From: an uncultured delta proteobacterium
GTDB taxonomy: Bacteria > Desulfobacterota > Desulfobacteria > Desulfobacterales > SG8-13
Direction: 5' to 3'
Assembly (NCBI GenBank): GCA_963848135.1
Contig: CAWKCK010000003.1
Location: 992,001 to 1,056,000, forward strand
Length of the DNA: 64,000 nt
Part shown: positions 9,499 through 19,071 of the stretch, in pieces
Numbering within the stretch: position 1 is the stretch's first letter
Layout of the letters: every line of letters begins with the position of its first letter
Made by a program: the position numbers and the translations under genes
The notes under the pieces: model-generated
Told to the model about the DNA's origin: nothing
Databases searched by the model: none
The model's input: the letters and a program-made list of their open reading frames with translations, nothing else

Positions 9499-10956
9499 GT
9501 GGCAGTTGATGCTTTCACGAGGCAGTGTGTGAGCGACACCCTTGACGGGCTGAGGGACGGATTATCACACTTTTCCGGTCCGAGCCGCACGGCCGTAATT
9601 TTTGCCATCGCACCCGAAGATTCTTTTTACATTTGCGATCCTCAAAATCTGCTTCGGGGACACGAGCCCAAGTTAACAGAACTATTTATAGACGAAACAA
9701 ACTGGGGCATCGGCGAATCCATTGGCCATGACAAAAGCAAATTCAGTGACATGCTGCCTGAAAAAAACCTTGACCTGACCGGGCTCATTTCCTGGGGGGG
9801 CCGGTCAAGCTCAGTCTATCACCAGACGTGGTTTACCGAGCACCATCCGGAAATGTGTGCTATCGGCCCTACCGAGCGCTGGCTGGAACACGCGGCTTGG
9901 CGGTTTTCGCATGACATCGCCAATGAAAAGGCCCTTTATACCGGGATTTCAGGCAGTTTTTTGCGCGAGTATGCACGCCATGCCGTTCGGGACTATATCG
10001 TCGATAGGATGAATGTCGAATTGGGTTGGGACAGTCAGCTGCGGGTGTACATGATTCTGGATGCGGTTCTGGGGATCTCTCGAACGCGTGAGGAGCGCGT
10101 TATGCCGGATGGGAAGCTTATCTTTGCGGAGCGGCGACACCTGGATTCGATTGATTTTCTCGCGCGTTTTCCGGAATTGGAACAACCGCTGCTCGATAAT
10201 TTTAAACATGTTCGTAAACTTCTTCAGGCGGCGGAAGATTCAGATCGAATGCTCGTTTCCGATGGCGGAAACATTGTGGGGATTTGCGGTCACACTCAAA
10301 TGCCTCGTTTTTTTCTGACGGCTGATTTTAAGGGTAGTCACGGCTATCTCAACGTCAACGATGCCGGTATCTGCAGTTTTTCCGACGGCAACTTTTTGTC
10401 TACCACGCGACGGGCCAAGCTGGTTCAGTTGGAAGAGGCATTACTCGAATCCGATCTTGACCCGGCTGACAGCAGCCACCTCTTTAAAACAGTCGCCACC
10501 CTCGTTCATCATGCGGAGAAATCCAAGATCGGCTGCACGCTGGTGATAGATCTCAACCTACCGCAATTGACCATTTCGGGGCAAAGGCTGGCTCAACCGA
10601 TAGACCTTCAACAGCCCCATCCGCTTGACCTCGCCAAAGCCCTTTCAAAAGTGGACGGGGCTCTTCACATCGGCCGGGATTTGTGTTTGCATGGATTCGC
10701 CTGCCTGTTGGACGGGCGAGCCATTCCAGGCGAAGACCGTGCCCGGGGGGCACGGTTCAATTCAGCATTGCGATTCACGGCCGAGCGGGAAAATATCGTC
10801 GTGGTGGTCGTATCCTCCGACCGGCCGGTATCCATAATTCAGGAAGGCATTGAAGTTAGCGCCCAGTGCCAATGGAAGCCACTGTCCAGTAGCCTGATGA
10901 GACCGATGACCCTTGCAGAGTGGATCGACTCGGAAGGCAAGCATATCGCCGTTTAG
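9499..10956 (+). CDS. DisA_N/diadenylate cyclase (DAC)-like domain protein with a long N-terminal putative sensor region
   Basis: C-terminal HAEKSKIGCTLVI...SKVDGALHI...FACLLDG...RGARFNSALRF...VVVVSSD matches the DAC-fold pattern. Confidence 0.8.
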   Translation: MAVDAFTRQCVSDTLDGLRDGLSHFSGPSRTAVIFAIAPEDSFYICDPQNLLRGHEPKLTELFIDETNWGIGESIGHDKSKFSDMLPEKNLDLTGLISWGGRSSSVYHQTWFTEHHPEMCAIGPTERWLEHAAWRFSHDIANEKALYTGISGSFLREYARHAVRDYIVDRMNVELGWDSQLRVYMILDAVLGISRTREERVMPDGKLIFAERRHLDSIDFLARFPELEQPLLDNFKHVRKLLQAAEDSDRMLVSDGGNIVGICGHTQMPRFFLTADFKGSHGYLNVNDAGICSFSDGNFLSTTRRAKLVQLEEALLESDLDPADSSHLFKTVATLVHHAEKSKIGCTLVIDLNLPQLTISGQRLAQPIDLQQPHPLDLAKALSKVDGALHIGRDLCLHGFACLLDGRAIPGEDRARGARFNSALRFTAERENIVVVVVSSDRPVSIIQEGIEVSAQCQWKPLSSSLMRPMTLAEWIDSEGKHIAV

Positions 10957-11283
10957 CCCCATTTGTGCTTTTTATTCAGGGCGTGGTCGCAATTACACAG
11001 TTTCGGGGCGGTTGGAATCCTCGCCGTTTTGACGAAAGGTTCAAAATGTGCCTGCGGTTGATCGCCGGTGGGGCATATTGCTGGTGTATCAGCGGACGCT
11101 ATAACACGAGCGCAGTTACGGCACTTCCATAGGACTTTCTGTGAACATTTGAAGACTGCAGGAAATTGATTTTCTTAAGTCAAGGTGTATATCAAGGGTG
11201 CAACACGGCATCGCCGGTGACGGGGTATGGCAAGATTGCTCATAGGGAACCATTGGCGCTACGGTCAGATAAAGTACGGAGCA

Positions 11284-11664
11284 CTATCTACCGGGTTCGG
11301 CGATCCCTTGCAGCCAGCGGATCGCCTCCATGGTTTGTGCGCGGTCAAAATAGGCCGTCTCGATACCGCCAAATAGGCCGAAAAGGCCGATATACGTTCG
11401 TTCCCAACCTTTGTTACCGACGATACACATGCGTTCAATGCGATCGGCGTGAATGCGGACGAAGTGGAGATTTTCAAATAGGGTTTCCGGGCTCCTCGCC
11501 GGCAACTGCGTGTCAATGGACAACAGGAGGCGAACCCTGCCACCGGCAGCGTCGATGGTTTCTTGCAGCATGCGGCTCAGAGCCCGTGTTTGGCGGTCGA
11601 TCATGCGGTCGAACAGTTTGACCGTCACGATATCTCCGATTTTTTGAATCGGATTCCTGTTCAT
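11284..11664 (-). CDS. SpoIIAA-like (STAS/SEC14) domain protein
   Basis: GRVRLLL...HADRIERMCIVGNKGW...ETAYFD...EAIRWL pattern. Confidence 0.8.
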   Translation of the reverse strand: MNRNPIQKIGDIVTVKLFDRMIDRQTRALSRMLQETIDAAGGRVRLLLSIDTQLPARSPETLFENLHFVRIHADRIERMCIVGNKGWERTYIGLFGLFGGIETAYFDRAQTMEAIRWLQGIAEPGR

Positions 11665-11692
11665 AGGGAGATCTCACTGTTACAGTGTTTTT

Positions 11693-12292
11693 TCAAACCA
11701 GTTCGGCATCGGTAAGCGCCTGGTTGGCTCCCGGTTTATCGACGATCTGAATGGTACTGGCCTGGGGACCCTCATCACCGTCCTCAGCCACAACATAGCG
11801 GACGCCTGTGCCGATGTCCAGCCGGCTGAATTCATCATGTAACACGCTATTACGATGAAAATAAAGCTCTCTGCCTTCTAATGTTTCTACAAAGCCATAA
11901 CCTTTATCCTTAAAAAGCTTCGTGACGTAGGCCACACTTTGCTGCTGAGGGTGGGTTTTAATGACGCCTTTCTGCTGTTCCAATAGTTTCACTAATCGGC
12001 GGCGTGCCGTCTCGAACGCTTCCCGGATGACGGCTGTCAAGGGTTCAGGTGGTGAGCCGTCGGGAGATTCGCGTTTAACGACCAGCTCTCGCCCCGGGGG
12101 TATTCGCATGGCAATTCTCACACGGTAGGAATTTCCCGAGCGCTTGTTATCGTGTGGTCTTTCGACCGCCACCCGGCAACTGATCAAATTGTCGCCGAGC
12201 TTGTCAAGTATAGCGGCTTTTTCTTTAATTAGATTGTCGATTTCATCTGATTTTAAGGCATCTCGGAACGTGATTTCCAGCGGTACTCGCAT
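11693..12292 (-). CDS. HPF/RaiA-family ribosome-associated protein fused to a C-terminal cold-shock domain
   Basis: PLEITFR...ISCRVAVE...IREAFETARRRL followed by CSD motifs KGYGFV and ELYFHRNSV. Confidence 0.88.
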   Translation of the reverse strand: MRVPLEITFRDALKSDEIDNLIKEKAAILDKLGDNLISCRVAVERPHDNKRSGNSYRVRIAMRIPPGRELVVKRESPDGSPPEPLTAVIREAFETARRRLVKLLEQQKGVIKTHPQQQSVAYVTKLFKDKGYGFVETLEGRELYFHRNSVLHDEFSRLDIGTGVRYVVAEDGDEGPQASTIQIVDKPGANQALTDAELV

Positions 12293-12325
12293 CGTTTTCA
12301 CCTTTCTTTGAGTTTTTGGCGATAA

Positions 12326-12532
12326 TCATCTGTGGTGCCGATGTTCATGATCGGAGTTTTCCTCAAGGTGATGCGGTGTTGGTTGGGGGTGGGGATGATT
12401 GTGCGTACGGACGCCATGGCTAAAGTTGTTTGCATGAACGATGGGTTCACAACCGACGCCAAACCAGTTATCTAGTGCACTTAGTTCTCCAGAGCCGATG
12501 CGCTCTGGAGAACGGGCACCAAGATTGGTCAT
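12326..12532 (-). CDS. Small His-rich protein (putative metal-binding)
   Basis: 68 aa, GGAGG RBS 6 nt before the ATG, 11 His in the C-terminal half. Confidence 0.55.
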   Translation of the reverse strand: MTNLGARSPERIGSGELSALDNWFGVGCEPIVHANNFSHGVRTHNHPHPQPTPHHLEENSDHEHRHHR

Positions 12533-12838
12533 TAGACACCTCCGTTTTTTGTTTGGTTCTTGCCGGCGGGTACTTTTCTACCGCACAGGCGCTGCTGATA
12601 TCTGAATGATACCCTAAGCAAGTTGTTCCTGCTTAGAATTTAATTCGTCGGCGCGTTAAATCAACATGTGAATTCGTTTGGTGCGAGATAATCCCCGCTG
12701 GCGATCATCACCGGATCTACGTGCACGAGAATACGTAAAAGGGAGCGACCCATTTTTGCTGTCAACTTGTTCACCGTCTTCGGTAGTATGCCATGTTGCG
12801 TGCCAAGATGGCTCCAGCAGTGCTTTTCTGAGCAATGG

Positions 12839-13999
12839 TCAAATGTTGAGAAGGAGGCGACCGGCATTGCGGGCGCCGACAATGTTTCTGGCGCAGGGCC
12901 CCAGCTGAAGTTCAGCCAGAGGGCCAGTAACGAAGATGTTATCGGACCACCTGAGATCCTTTCCGACGATCGGATAGCCGCACGTTCCGCATTTTAAACC
13001 GAAATCCCTGATAACCTGATCGATGAAGGGTCCCCCCGGGCGTTCAGGATGGAAGCCAGTTGCCAAGACAACGGCATCGGCCCGTCCAATGCCCGTATCT
13101 GTTGTCAAGCGGATACGCTGCCCATTTGTTGAAGTGTCTCGGATACAATCCTGCTGAAATTCCAGCCGGCCCGCGGCAACAGCACGACGAAATTCCTCCA
13201 GGACCTCACTGGGAGCACTGCCGCGGATACGAGCACGGTCGACTGAATTGCGGCGCTTAGCGAAATCGTTGAGCTGAAATTCCTTGAGGCACTTCGGTCC
13301 GATCCAGCAGGGATTGAAATCATACTGACTTGTCCGAAGAGGGTGCCTGGAGATCAGTCGCACTTTACCTGGCAGAATCGCAGACAGTTTTAAGGCGCTC
13401 TGTATGGCCGATATGCCGCCACCGACAACGGCCGTCACCGAGGACGTCGATGTTTTTGCGGGCCTGAAATCGAAATCGAATAGATGATTTATCCGTGCGC
13501 CGGATGTTTTCAGATTACGTGCCCATGCCGGCCAATAGGGTTGTTCTCCCAATCCGATGGCCAGTATTATGTTGCGGGCCTTCACCTGGCCTGCCGTGGT
13601 TGCGGCCGTAATCGACCGCCCGTTTCTTTCGAGGGCCAAAGCCCGACCGACAATCCGGAGAACCCCCAACCGGTTGTGCCGTATGACGTGGTCACAGTGT
13701 GTGTTGAACAGGGGCAGGGAAGGGCGATTATAGGGCGGAATAAAGGCGCCGATCGCTTCTTCCATCGAAGATTTGGCATATCGATACAGCGATAGAATCG
13801 GGAGATCGATGTTATGGGTCGCTGGCGAGCGGAGGTAATTCATTCCGCAATTGGCAGTGAACGTCTTCCAGGCCGCCAGAGGCTCTCTGTGGGGATCGAG
13901 AACCCTGACATCGTCACGGTCGACATCTAACTGGCTGACCAGCAGGTGCGACAGATACGTCCCGTGGATACCGCCGCCAATTATCAACCACTCTAGCAT
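12839..13999 (-). CDS. FAD/NAD(P)-binding oxidoreductase (lysine/ornithine N-hydroxylase-like fold)
   Basis: Two Rossmann motifs (IIGGGIHG, VVGGGISA), LRSP, VVLATGF and C-terminal FVTGPLAELQLGP. Confidence 0.85.
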   Translation of the reverse strand: MLEWLIIGGGIHGTYLSHLLVSQLDVDRDDVRVLDPHREPLAAWKTFTANCGMNYLRSPATHNIDLPILSLYRYAKSSMEEAIGAFIPPYNRPSLPLFNTHCDHVIRHNRLGVLRIVGRALALERNGRSITAATTAGQVKARNIILAIGLGEQPYWPAWARNLKTSGARINHLFDFDFRPAKTSTSSVTAVVGGGISAIQSALKLSAILPGKVRLISRHPLRTSQYDFNPCWIGPKCLKEFQLNDFAKRRNSVDRARIRGSAPSEVLEEFRRAVAAGRLEFQQDCIRDTSTNGQRIRLTTDTGIGRADAVVLATGFHPERPGGPFIDQVIRDFGLKCGTCGYPIVGKDLRWSDNIFVTGPLAELQLGPCARNIVGARNAGRLLLNI

Positions 14000-14035
14000 T
14001 TGTTTTACTCACAAGATGATCTCATGTGGTCCAGG

Positions 14036-14194
14036 CTAATCGAGTTTTTCGAAAAACTCTTTTTCTGCACCACATTTGGGGCAGACCCAATTGTCAGGAA
14101 GGTCTTCAAAAGCCGTTCCGATTTGAATGTTGCTCTCAGCATCACCTTCATCCGGGTCATAGATATAGCCACAGGGGCATTCCCATTTGTCCAT
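14036..14194 (-). CDS. Rubredoxin (52 aa)
   Basis: Not in the ORF track. Translation is [52 protein letters not shown], with an AAGGAG RBS. Confidence 0.95.
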   Translation of the reverse strand: MDKWECPCGYIYDPDEGDAESNIQIGTAFEDLPDNWVCPKCGAEKEFFEKLD

Positions 14195-14565
14195 CAGTAC
14201 CACTCCTTTCCAGTCGGTTCATTTTATTCGCATAAGACCTGCACCATGGGACAGAAACGATCCCTGTCGTAATATCTATCGCTAATCACAGGCACTGGCC
14301 GCGTCAAGGGAAAATATTTTGTTTCAGCGCCGGCGATGGATTTAGAACGGCTGGGAGATACGGCTTGCCGGCATCGATCAGCACCTCACCTGGGTGAAGG
14401 TCCATGGCCGATGGCGGTTCTTGGATGATTTGCAGGAACGCTCCCGGCAACCTTCCCGAACGGCCACGGGGAAATTGTCATTACGCAGATCAACTCGAGA
14501 GATTCATGAATTGTTTGTGGACAATGTACCTTTGCGGCCCCGATGATCGAAATGACACGGGTGTT

Positions 14566-14724
14566 TCAGCACTGACCTCTGGTCAGGCACAACTTGAGGT
14601 ACTTTTTCTCGGCGGCGCGAAAGTCTTTTTCGGAGTAATGGTTGAGGTTTTCTTTGGTGCGGAATTTTTTCCTATACTGGCGGATTAAGCGTTTTTTGCC
14701 GCTGGAATTGCTGTGATTGGCCAT
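14566..14724 (-). CDS. Small basic hypothetical protein (52 aa)
   Basis: Not in the ORF track. MANHSNSSGKKRLIRQYRKKFRTKENLNHYSEKDFRAAEKKYLKLCLTRGQC, with an AAGGGGGG RBS, downstream of a sigma-54 promoter. Confidence 0.7.
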   Translation of the reverse strand: MANHSNSSGKKRLIRQYRKKFRTKENLNHYSEKDFRAAEKKYLKLCLTRGQC

Positions 14725-14799
14725 CTTGGTGTCACCCCCCTTTATTGATTTTCGTTCGTTTGCAGGGACGCTGTGACGATCGGAAAGAACGGGTGCCGA

Positions 14800-14901
14800 T
14801 CAAAACCGGGTCGGTCTCAGCAGTCGGGTGAGGAGTCTTTGCGAGAATTGGTGTTCAAACCAACGGACTGTTTTCCTGATTGAGTTCTTCAGCCTGTTCA
14901 T
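14800..14901 (-). CDS. Putative micro-protein (33 aa, basic, amphipathic)
   Basis: MNRLKNSIRKTVRWFEHQFSQRLLTRLLRPTRF, with an AAAGGGGG RBS; first ORF after the sigma-54 promoter at 14937-14952. Confidence 0.5.
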   Translation of the reverse strand: MNRLKNSIRKTVRWFEHQFSQRLLTRLLRPTRF

Positions 14902-14936
14902 GGTCGCCCCCCTTTCAGGGTCATTTATATGATTGA

Positions 14937-14952
14937 AGCATTATTTGTGCCA
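14937..14952 (-). promoter_or_regulatory. Sigma-54 (-24/-12) promoter
   Basis: Minus strand TGGCACAAATAATGCT (GG-N10-GC). An AT-rich IHF-like tract and repeated TGTGAACTC sites (15026, 15048) lie upstream. Confidence 0.75.
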
Positions 14953-15196
14953 CAGTGTATTTAAATTTTATTCCAATATTTTTAAATGGTTGTTTGCGTC
15001 GACCCCAATGAGGTATCGATAAAAGTGTGAACTCCGGGCCACAGTTTTGTGAACTCGTTTTCATCATCCTTTGAACAAATCGTATGATCGTGATAATGGA
15101 AAGGCCGTCGGAAATAATCGGTATAGAGGGTCATGCCAAGGCCTGGAACGGTCATAAAACACCAATATACTCGTTTCTTAAAATAAAGGAGGCATC

Positions 15197-15775
15197 ATGG
15201 CAGAAGGTATTGAGAAGAATATTTACTATTTCAAAGAGAAGGGTGTCGTGAATACCGATAAGGCTCTCGAGATTGCAATCGCCGGATGCGAGGAGGCCGG
15301 TGTCACAAAAATCGTTGTGGCTTCATCCACCGGTGAAACAGCTTTCAAGCTTCAAACGATGTCGAAACCGACACTTGAAATCATTGCCGTTACATACGGG
15401 GCCGGCATCAAGTACACCGATAAAGTTGAATCCTTTAATCGCAATGCTGCGGCCCTCGTTGGTAAAGATATCCGGATTGTGCGGGGGATCCATGCCTTCA
15501 GCGGTGTGGAGCGGGGGCTTGAAAATAAATACAAAAGCGGTCTTATGCCTTTGAATATTCTAGCAGATACCTTGAGGATGTTCGGGCAGGGGATGAAGGT
15601 TTGCGTTGAGATTTCTACAATGGCCGCCGAACACGGATTCATAGCCTCGGGCGACCGTGTGGTTGCCGTGGCCGGCAGCGGCAGCGGCGCGGACACGGCA
15701 GTTCTCATCAAACCCGCTTATGCGGCCAAAATCTTCGAAACCCGAATTGAGGCCATCCTCTGCATGCCTGTATGA
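15197..15775 (+). CDS. Pyruvate kinase C-terminal (alpha/beta) domain-like protein (COG1751-like)
   Basis: YFKEKGVVNT, IVVASSTGET, HAFSGVER, TLRMFGQGMKVCVEI, GADTA. AAGGAGG RBS. Confidence 0.85.
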   Translation: MAEGIEKNIYYFKEKGVVNTDKALEIAIAGCEEAGVTKIVVASSTGETAFKLQTMSKPTLEIIAVTYGAGIKYTDKVESFNRNAAALVGKDIRIVRGIHAFSGVERGLENKYKSGLMPLNILADTLRMFGQGMKVCVEISTMAAEHGFIASGDRVVAVAGSGSGADTAVLIKPAYAAKIFETRIEAILCMPV

Positions 15776-15826
15776 GAGTTTCTGCATGATCCGGCATATC
15801 TGCCGTTTACCTGATCGGGAAATCGA

Positions 15827-16222
15827 ATGAAAAGCGTTTACGACGGCGACGATAGAAGACAATTCAAACGGATTATGTTTTCAGCTGCTGATGAAATCTT
15901 TGGTGTGTTGCAACTCCCCAATGATGTCGAAGTGGCTTTCAAAATTGCCGACATTGGCGCCGGAGGCTTACGGTTTATCCCCCAGCGCGAAGAATCGGTT
16001 GGGATTCGTTCCGGAACCACGCTCTTACTTCTCCGGACCGAGGGCCAAAAACAACTGAAATTTCTCTCCGGGATAAAGCTGGTCGTCAAATGGATAATCG
16101 ATGAATCCCAATTCGCACATGTCATGATCGGCTGCGAATTTGCAGCCTGTACTGAAAATCTCCGGCGCCAGATCGACGCTTTTGTTGTCGCTGAAACAAA
16201 AGAGGGCCGACAGGATTATTGA
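15827..16222 (+). CDS. PilZ domain protein (putative c-di-GMP receptor)
   Basis: RxxxR motif (DRRQFKR), DIGAGG variant of D/NxSxxG, and C-terminal GCEF. Confidence 0.8.
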   Translation: MKSVYDGDDRRQFKRIMFSAADEIFGVLQLPNDVEVAFKIADIGAGGLRFIPQREESVGIRSGTTLLLLRTEGQKQLKFLSGIKLVVKWIIDESQFAHVMIGCEFAACTENLRRQIDAFVVAETKEGRQDY

Positions 16223-16284
16223 GCTGTGCGGTTATAAACCGCATGGCGTCGGGGTGCAGAGGGATATCGGCTCACGCGAATGTT

Positions 16285-18615
16285 TCACACCAGGCCGGTG
16301 AATTCGAACTCCAGTTTCGTTTGAAATTTTTCGATCCGTTTGAATATTTCTTTCAACATTTTCTGCTCTATACTGGTCAGTTTCTTCGGATTGATGTAAT
16401 TGTCCGGAGCGCTCTTTTCATCGATCATTGCGGTCACCTGCCGGACAAATCGCAGCTGCATCAAAAAGCTGTAAGCTTTTTCGAGCTCATCATATTCTTG
16501 CGGGGTGATCACTTTCTTCAGCTGGAGGTGATTCAGCCTGTCCAGGGTGTTGGTTTCCTCAATTTTATTTTTCAATGCGTAAATACGGGCGAAATCGACG
16601 ATCGGTGTCATCGCGCTTTTGATGTCCAAGGCGCTGCGGTGCTCCCCTTTGGATTCGACCACAAAATTCCGAAAAAAACCGATGGGCGGTTTGAAGTGCA
16701 AAGCGTTTTCGGTCAGGTGGCGAAAAAATCCAGACCAACCTTCAAGGGAACTTAGTAGATAACGGCGCAATTCATTTATCAGGGACGTTTCCCCATATCC
16801 GTGGCGAAAATCGAAAAAGATGCTTGCCTGGAGGAGATCTTGTGGCTCGGCCGCATGTATCCAGGCTGAAAAGTATTCCTTCCAAACCGACAGCGGTTGG
16901 CACCATTTGGGATTTTGAGCCATCACGCCTCCGGTGCAGAATGCATATCCGGCCTGATCCAATAGCTTGCAGGCGGTTTCCCCGAACTTCAGAAAATATT
17001 CACGAACGACGGGCTCATTATCTGGATCCACATCGTCAAAGATGATGGCGTTGTCCTGATCGGTTTTTAGTGTTTGCTCAAGTCGTCCTTCACTTCCCAG
17101 AATCATGAAAACAAATTTGGCCGGCGGGGGGCCCAGTGTTTCCAGGGTGAACCCAATGATCTTTTTCAGTATGGCATCTGAAACTGTGGTAATGAACCGG
17201 TTCAGATTCTGGGCTTTGGCGCCGTTGGTGATCAGGTTGCGAAGTAACTCCGGCATACGAGCATGCCGGGCGATAATCTGGTCCATGGTGTTCGCTTCCG
17301 TAATTTCCCGCAAGAGAAACAACGGGGATTGTCCCTGGGCTGAGAGCAGATCGCGGCTGGAAAGTATCCCGACGACATTTTCGCTGGCGTTTATGACAGC
17401 CAAGTGGCGAATATCCTCACGCATCATCAACAGGAGTGCCTCAAACACTAAGGCCTGGTCTGGAATCATACGGACCGGTGACGACATGATTTCAGCTACC
17501 GGGCGTTTAAAATCAAGACCTGATGCGATTACCTTGCGGGCCAAATCTCTCTCGGTTACCACGCCGACACATTTTCCGATGGCTGTTTTCAGGAATATGG
17601 AACTGATTTTTTCACGCCCCATCATTTGCGCTGCTTCCTGGATCGTCAGATCGATACTGCCGAATATGGGCTTTCGCGTATAGATGCCGGAGACCGGTTG
17701 GTTGAAAAATTGAAGCCCTTCTTCCTGGGTGCGCACGGTTTTGGCGATGATGGCAGCATAGGATTTTTCAAGCATGCGCCGGCCGAAAATATCCGTGAAG
17801 TATTCGGTAAACGCTTCGTTACGGTTGCAGATGTCAATGAATGGTTGTTTGGGCAAAAGATAGAAGTACGAATTTTCCGTTACCCGCATCGTTCGTACCG
17901 ATATGCCATCATTCAAAAGCATTGAAATTCCGCCGTAGATATCCCCTTCGCCCAGTATTTCGATCATTGTCCTTTTCTTGTTGTCTTCATAGTATCGCTC
18001 CGCGGCCCCTTTCTGCAGGATATAGAGATATCCGATCCGGGTTCGGCCTTGGACGAACAGAATGGTGTCCCGCGGGTACTTAACCATGGTCAGCTGTGAA
18101 ACGATCGTTTCAATTTCCTCCGCAGGTAGAAAAGAGAAGGGCATCACCCCGGACAGATAGTGTTTGGTCTGACCGGTTTCAATAATAGACGCCAAAGACG
18201 CATCAAATATGTTTTTACTGAAGTGTACCAGAAAATATTCATAGAAGGATTTGAACCGCGTGCACAGATCCTGGAAGATCTCTTTCGGAATCTTGAGACC
18301 GGTGCAGGCCTCTTCAACGATGACGGTCCGGAGCGATATGCCGCCGTTAAGCAGGATTGTTATACCCCCGAACACTTCGCCCGGCTTGATGAACCCGGTC
18401 GGGTTATCCGCATCTTCTTTTTCGTTATAAAGCGAGAGAACACCCTTTTCTACGATAAAAATGCTGTCGATAAGGGTGAGACCCTGCTCTGCATAGCGTT
18501 TCCCCACTGGATGTGATTCCTCAGCGGCTTGCGCGGCGATTTTTTCGCGAATGTCTCTCGATAACATTGAAAAATGCGGCATCTTAGAAATATAATCGAA
18601 TATTTTCTTGTTCAT
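16285..18615 (-). CDS. cNMP-binding x2 + CBS pair + DUF294 nucleotidyltransferase-like signalling protein
   Basis: Two cNMP domains (GEVFGG, GDIYGG), CBS repeats (GVVTERDL, GILSSRDL), GSEGRLEQTLKTDQDN and SIFFDFR. Confidence 0.9.
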   Translation of the reverse strand: MNKKIFDYISKMPHFSMLSRDIREKIAAQAAEESHPVGKRYAEQGLTLIDSIFIVEKGVLSLYNEKEDADNPTGFIKPGEVFGGITILLNGGISLRTVIVEEACTGLKIPKEIFQDLCTRFKSFYEYFLVHFSKNIFDASLASIIETGQTKHYLSGVMPFSFLPAEEIETIVSQLTMVKYPRDTILFVQGRTRIGYLYILQKGAAERYYEDNKKRTMIEILGEGDIYGGISMLLNDGISVRTMRVTENSYFYLLPKQPFIDICNRNEAFTEYFTDIFGRRMLEKSYAAIIAKTVRTQEEGLQFFNQPVSGIYTRKPIFGSIDLTIQEAAQMMGREKISSIFLKTAIGKCVGVVTERDLARKVIASGLDFKRPVAEIMSSPVRMIPDQALVFEALLLMMREDIRHLAVINASENVVGILSSRDLLSAQGQSPLFLLREITEANTMDQIIARHARMPELLRNLITNGAKAQNLNRFITTVSDAILKKIIGFTLETLGPPPAKFVFMILGSEGRLEQTLKTDQDNAIIFDDVDPDNEPVVREYFLKFGETACKLLDQAGYAFCTGGVMAQNPKWCQPLSVWKEYFSAWIHAAEPQDLLQASIFFDFRHGYGETSLINELRRYLLSSLEGWSGFFRHLTENALHFKPPIGFFRNFVVESKGEHRSALDIKSAMTPIVDFARIYALKNKIEETNTLDRLNHLQLKKVITPQEYDELEKAYSFLMQLRFVRQVTAMIDEKSAPDNYINPKKLTSIEQKMLKEIFKRIEKFQTKLEFEFTGLV

Positions 18616-19071
18616 TACCGATCCTCGCGTCAGTTACTGAAATTAATTTGAATCCTTACATATAAACTAAAACCGATCAACCCTTCAACCTGCAGACACA
18701 GGCACTACCAATTATGCCACAATCGCCGGGATGAGCAGTAGAGCGGACTGACCAATATTTCCACGGGGCTATTATCAGGGATTCCCTACCGGGGACAACG
18801 CCCCTTCCATGGTTGCGATCTGGGGCAAAAATCGGTATATAGTATAATTCAAATTCGGTGGCGTCAGTCTAACATAGAAAAGGTACTTGAAGGACAATCC
18901 CATTTATGAGATTCTATGGGCATTGATTCGGTTTTCTGACGTGTTGGTGCGTTTAGGGGCAATGAAGGTAAAGTCGGAGAACGGAAGCGATAGCATTGTA
19001 TTGCCGATTCCGCCGGGGCGCAAACGCCATTCATATTCAAATCCGTAAACCTATTGAAGAAAGTGAAGACC

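Noticed and set aside
12789..12805. Sigma-54-like TGGCACGCAACATGGCA on the minus strand
   Set aside because: Spacing is GG-N11-GC; RpoN requires N10.
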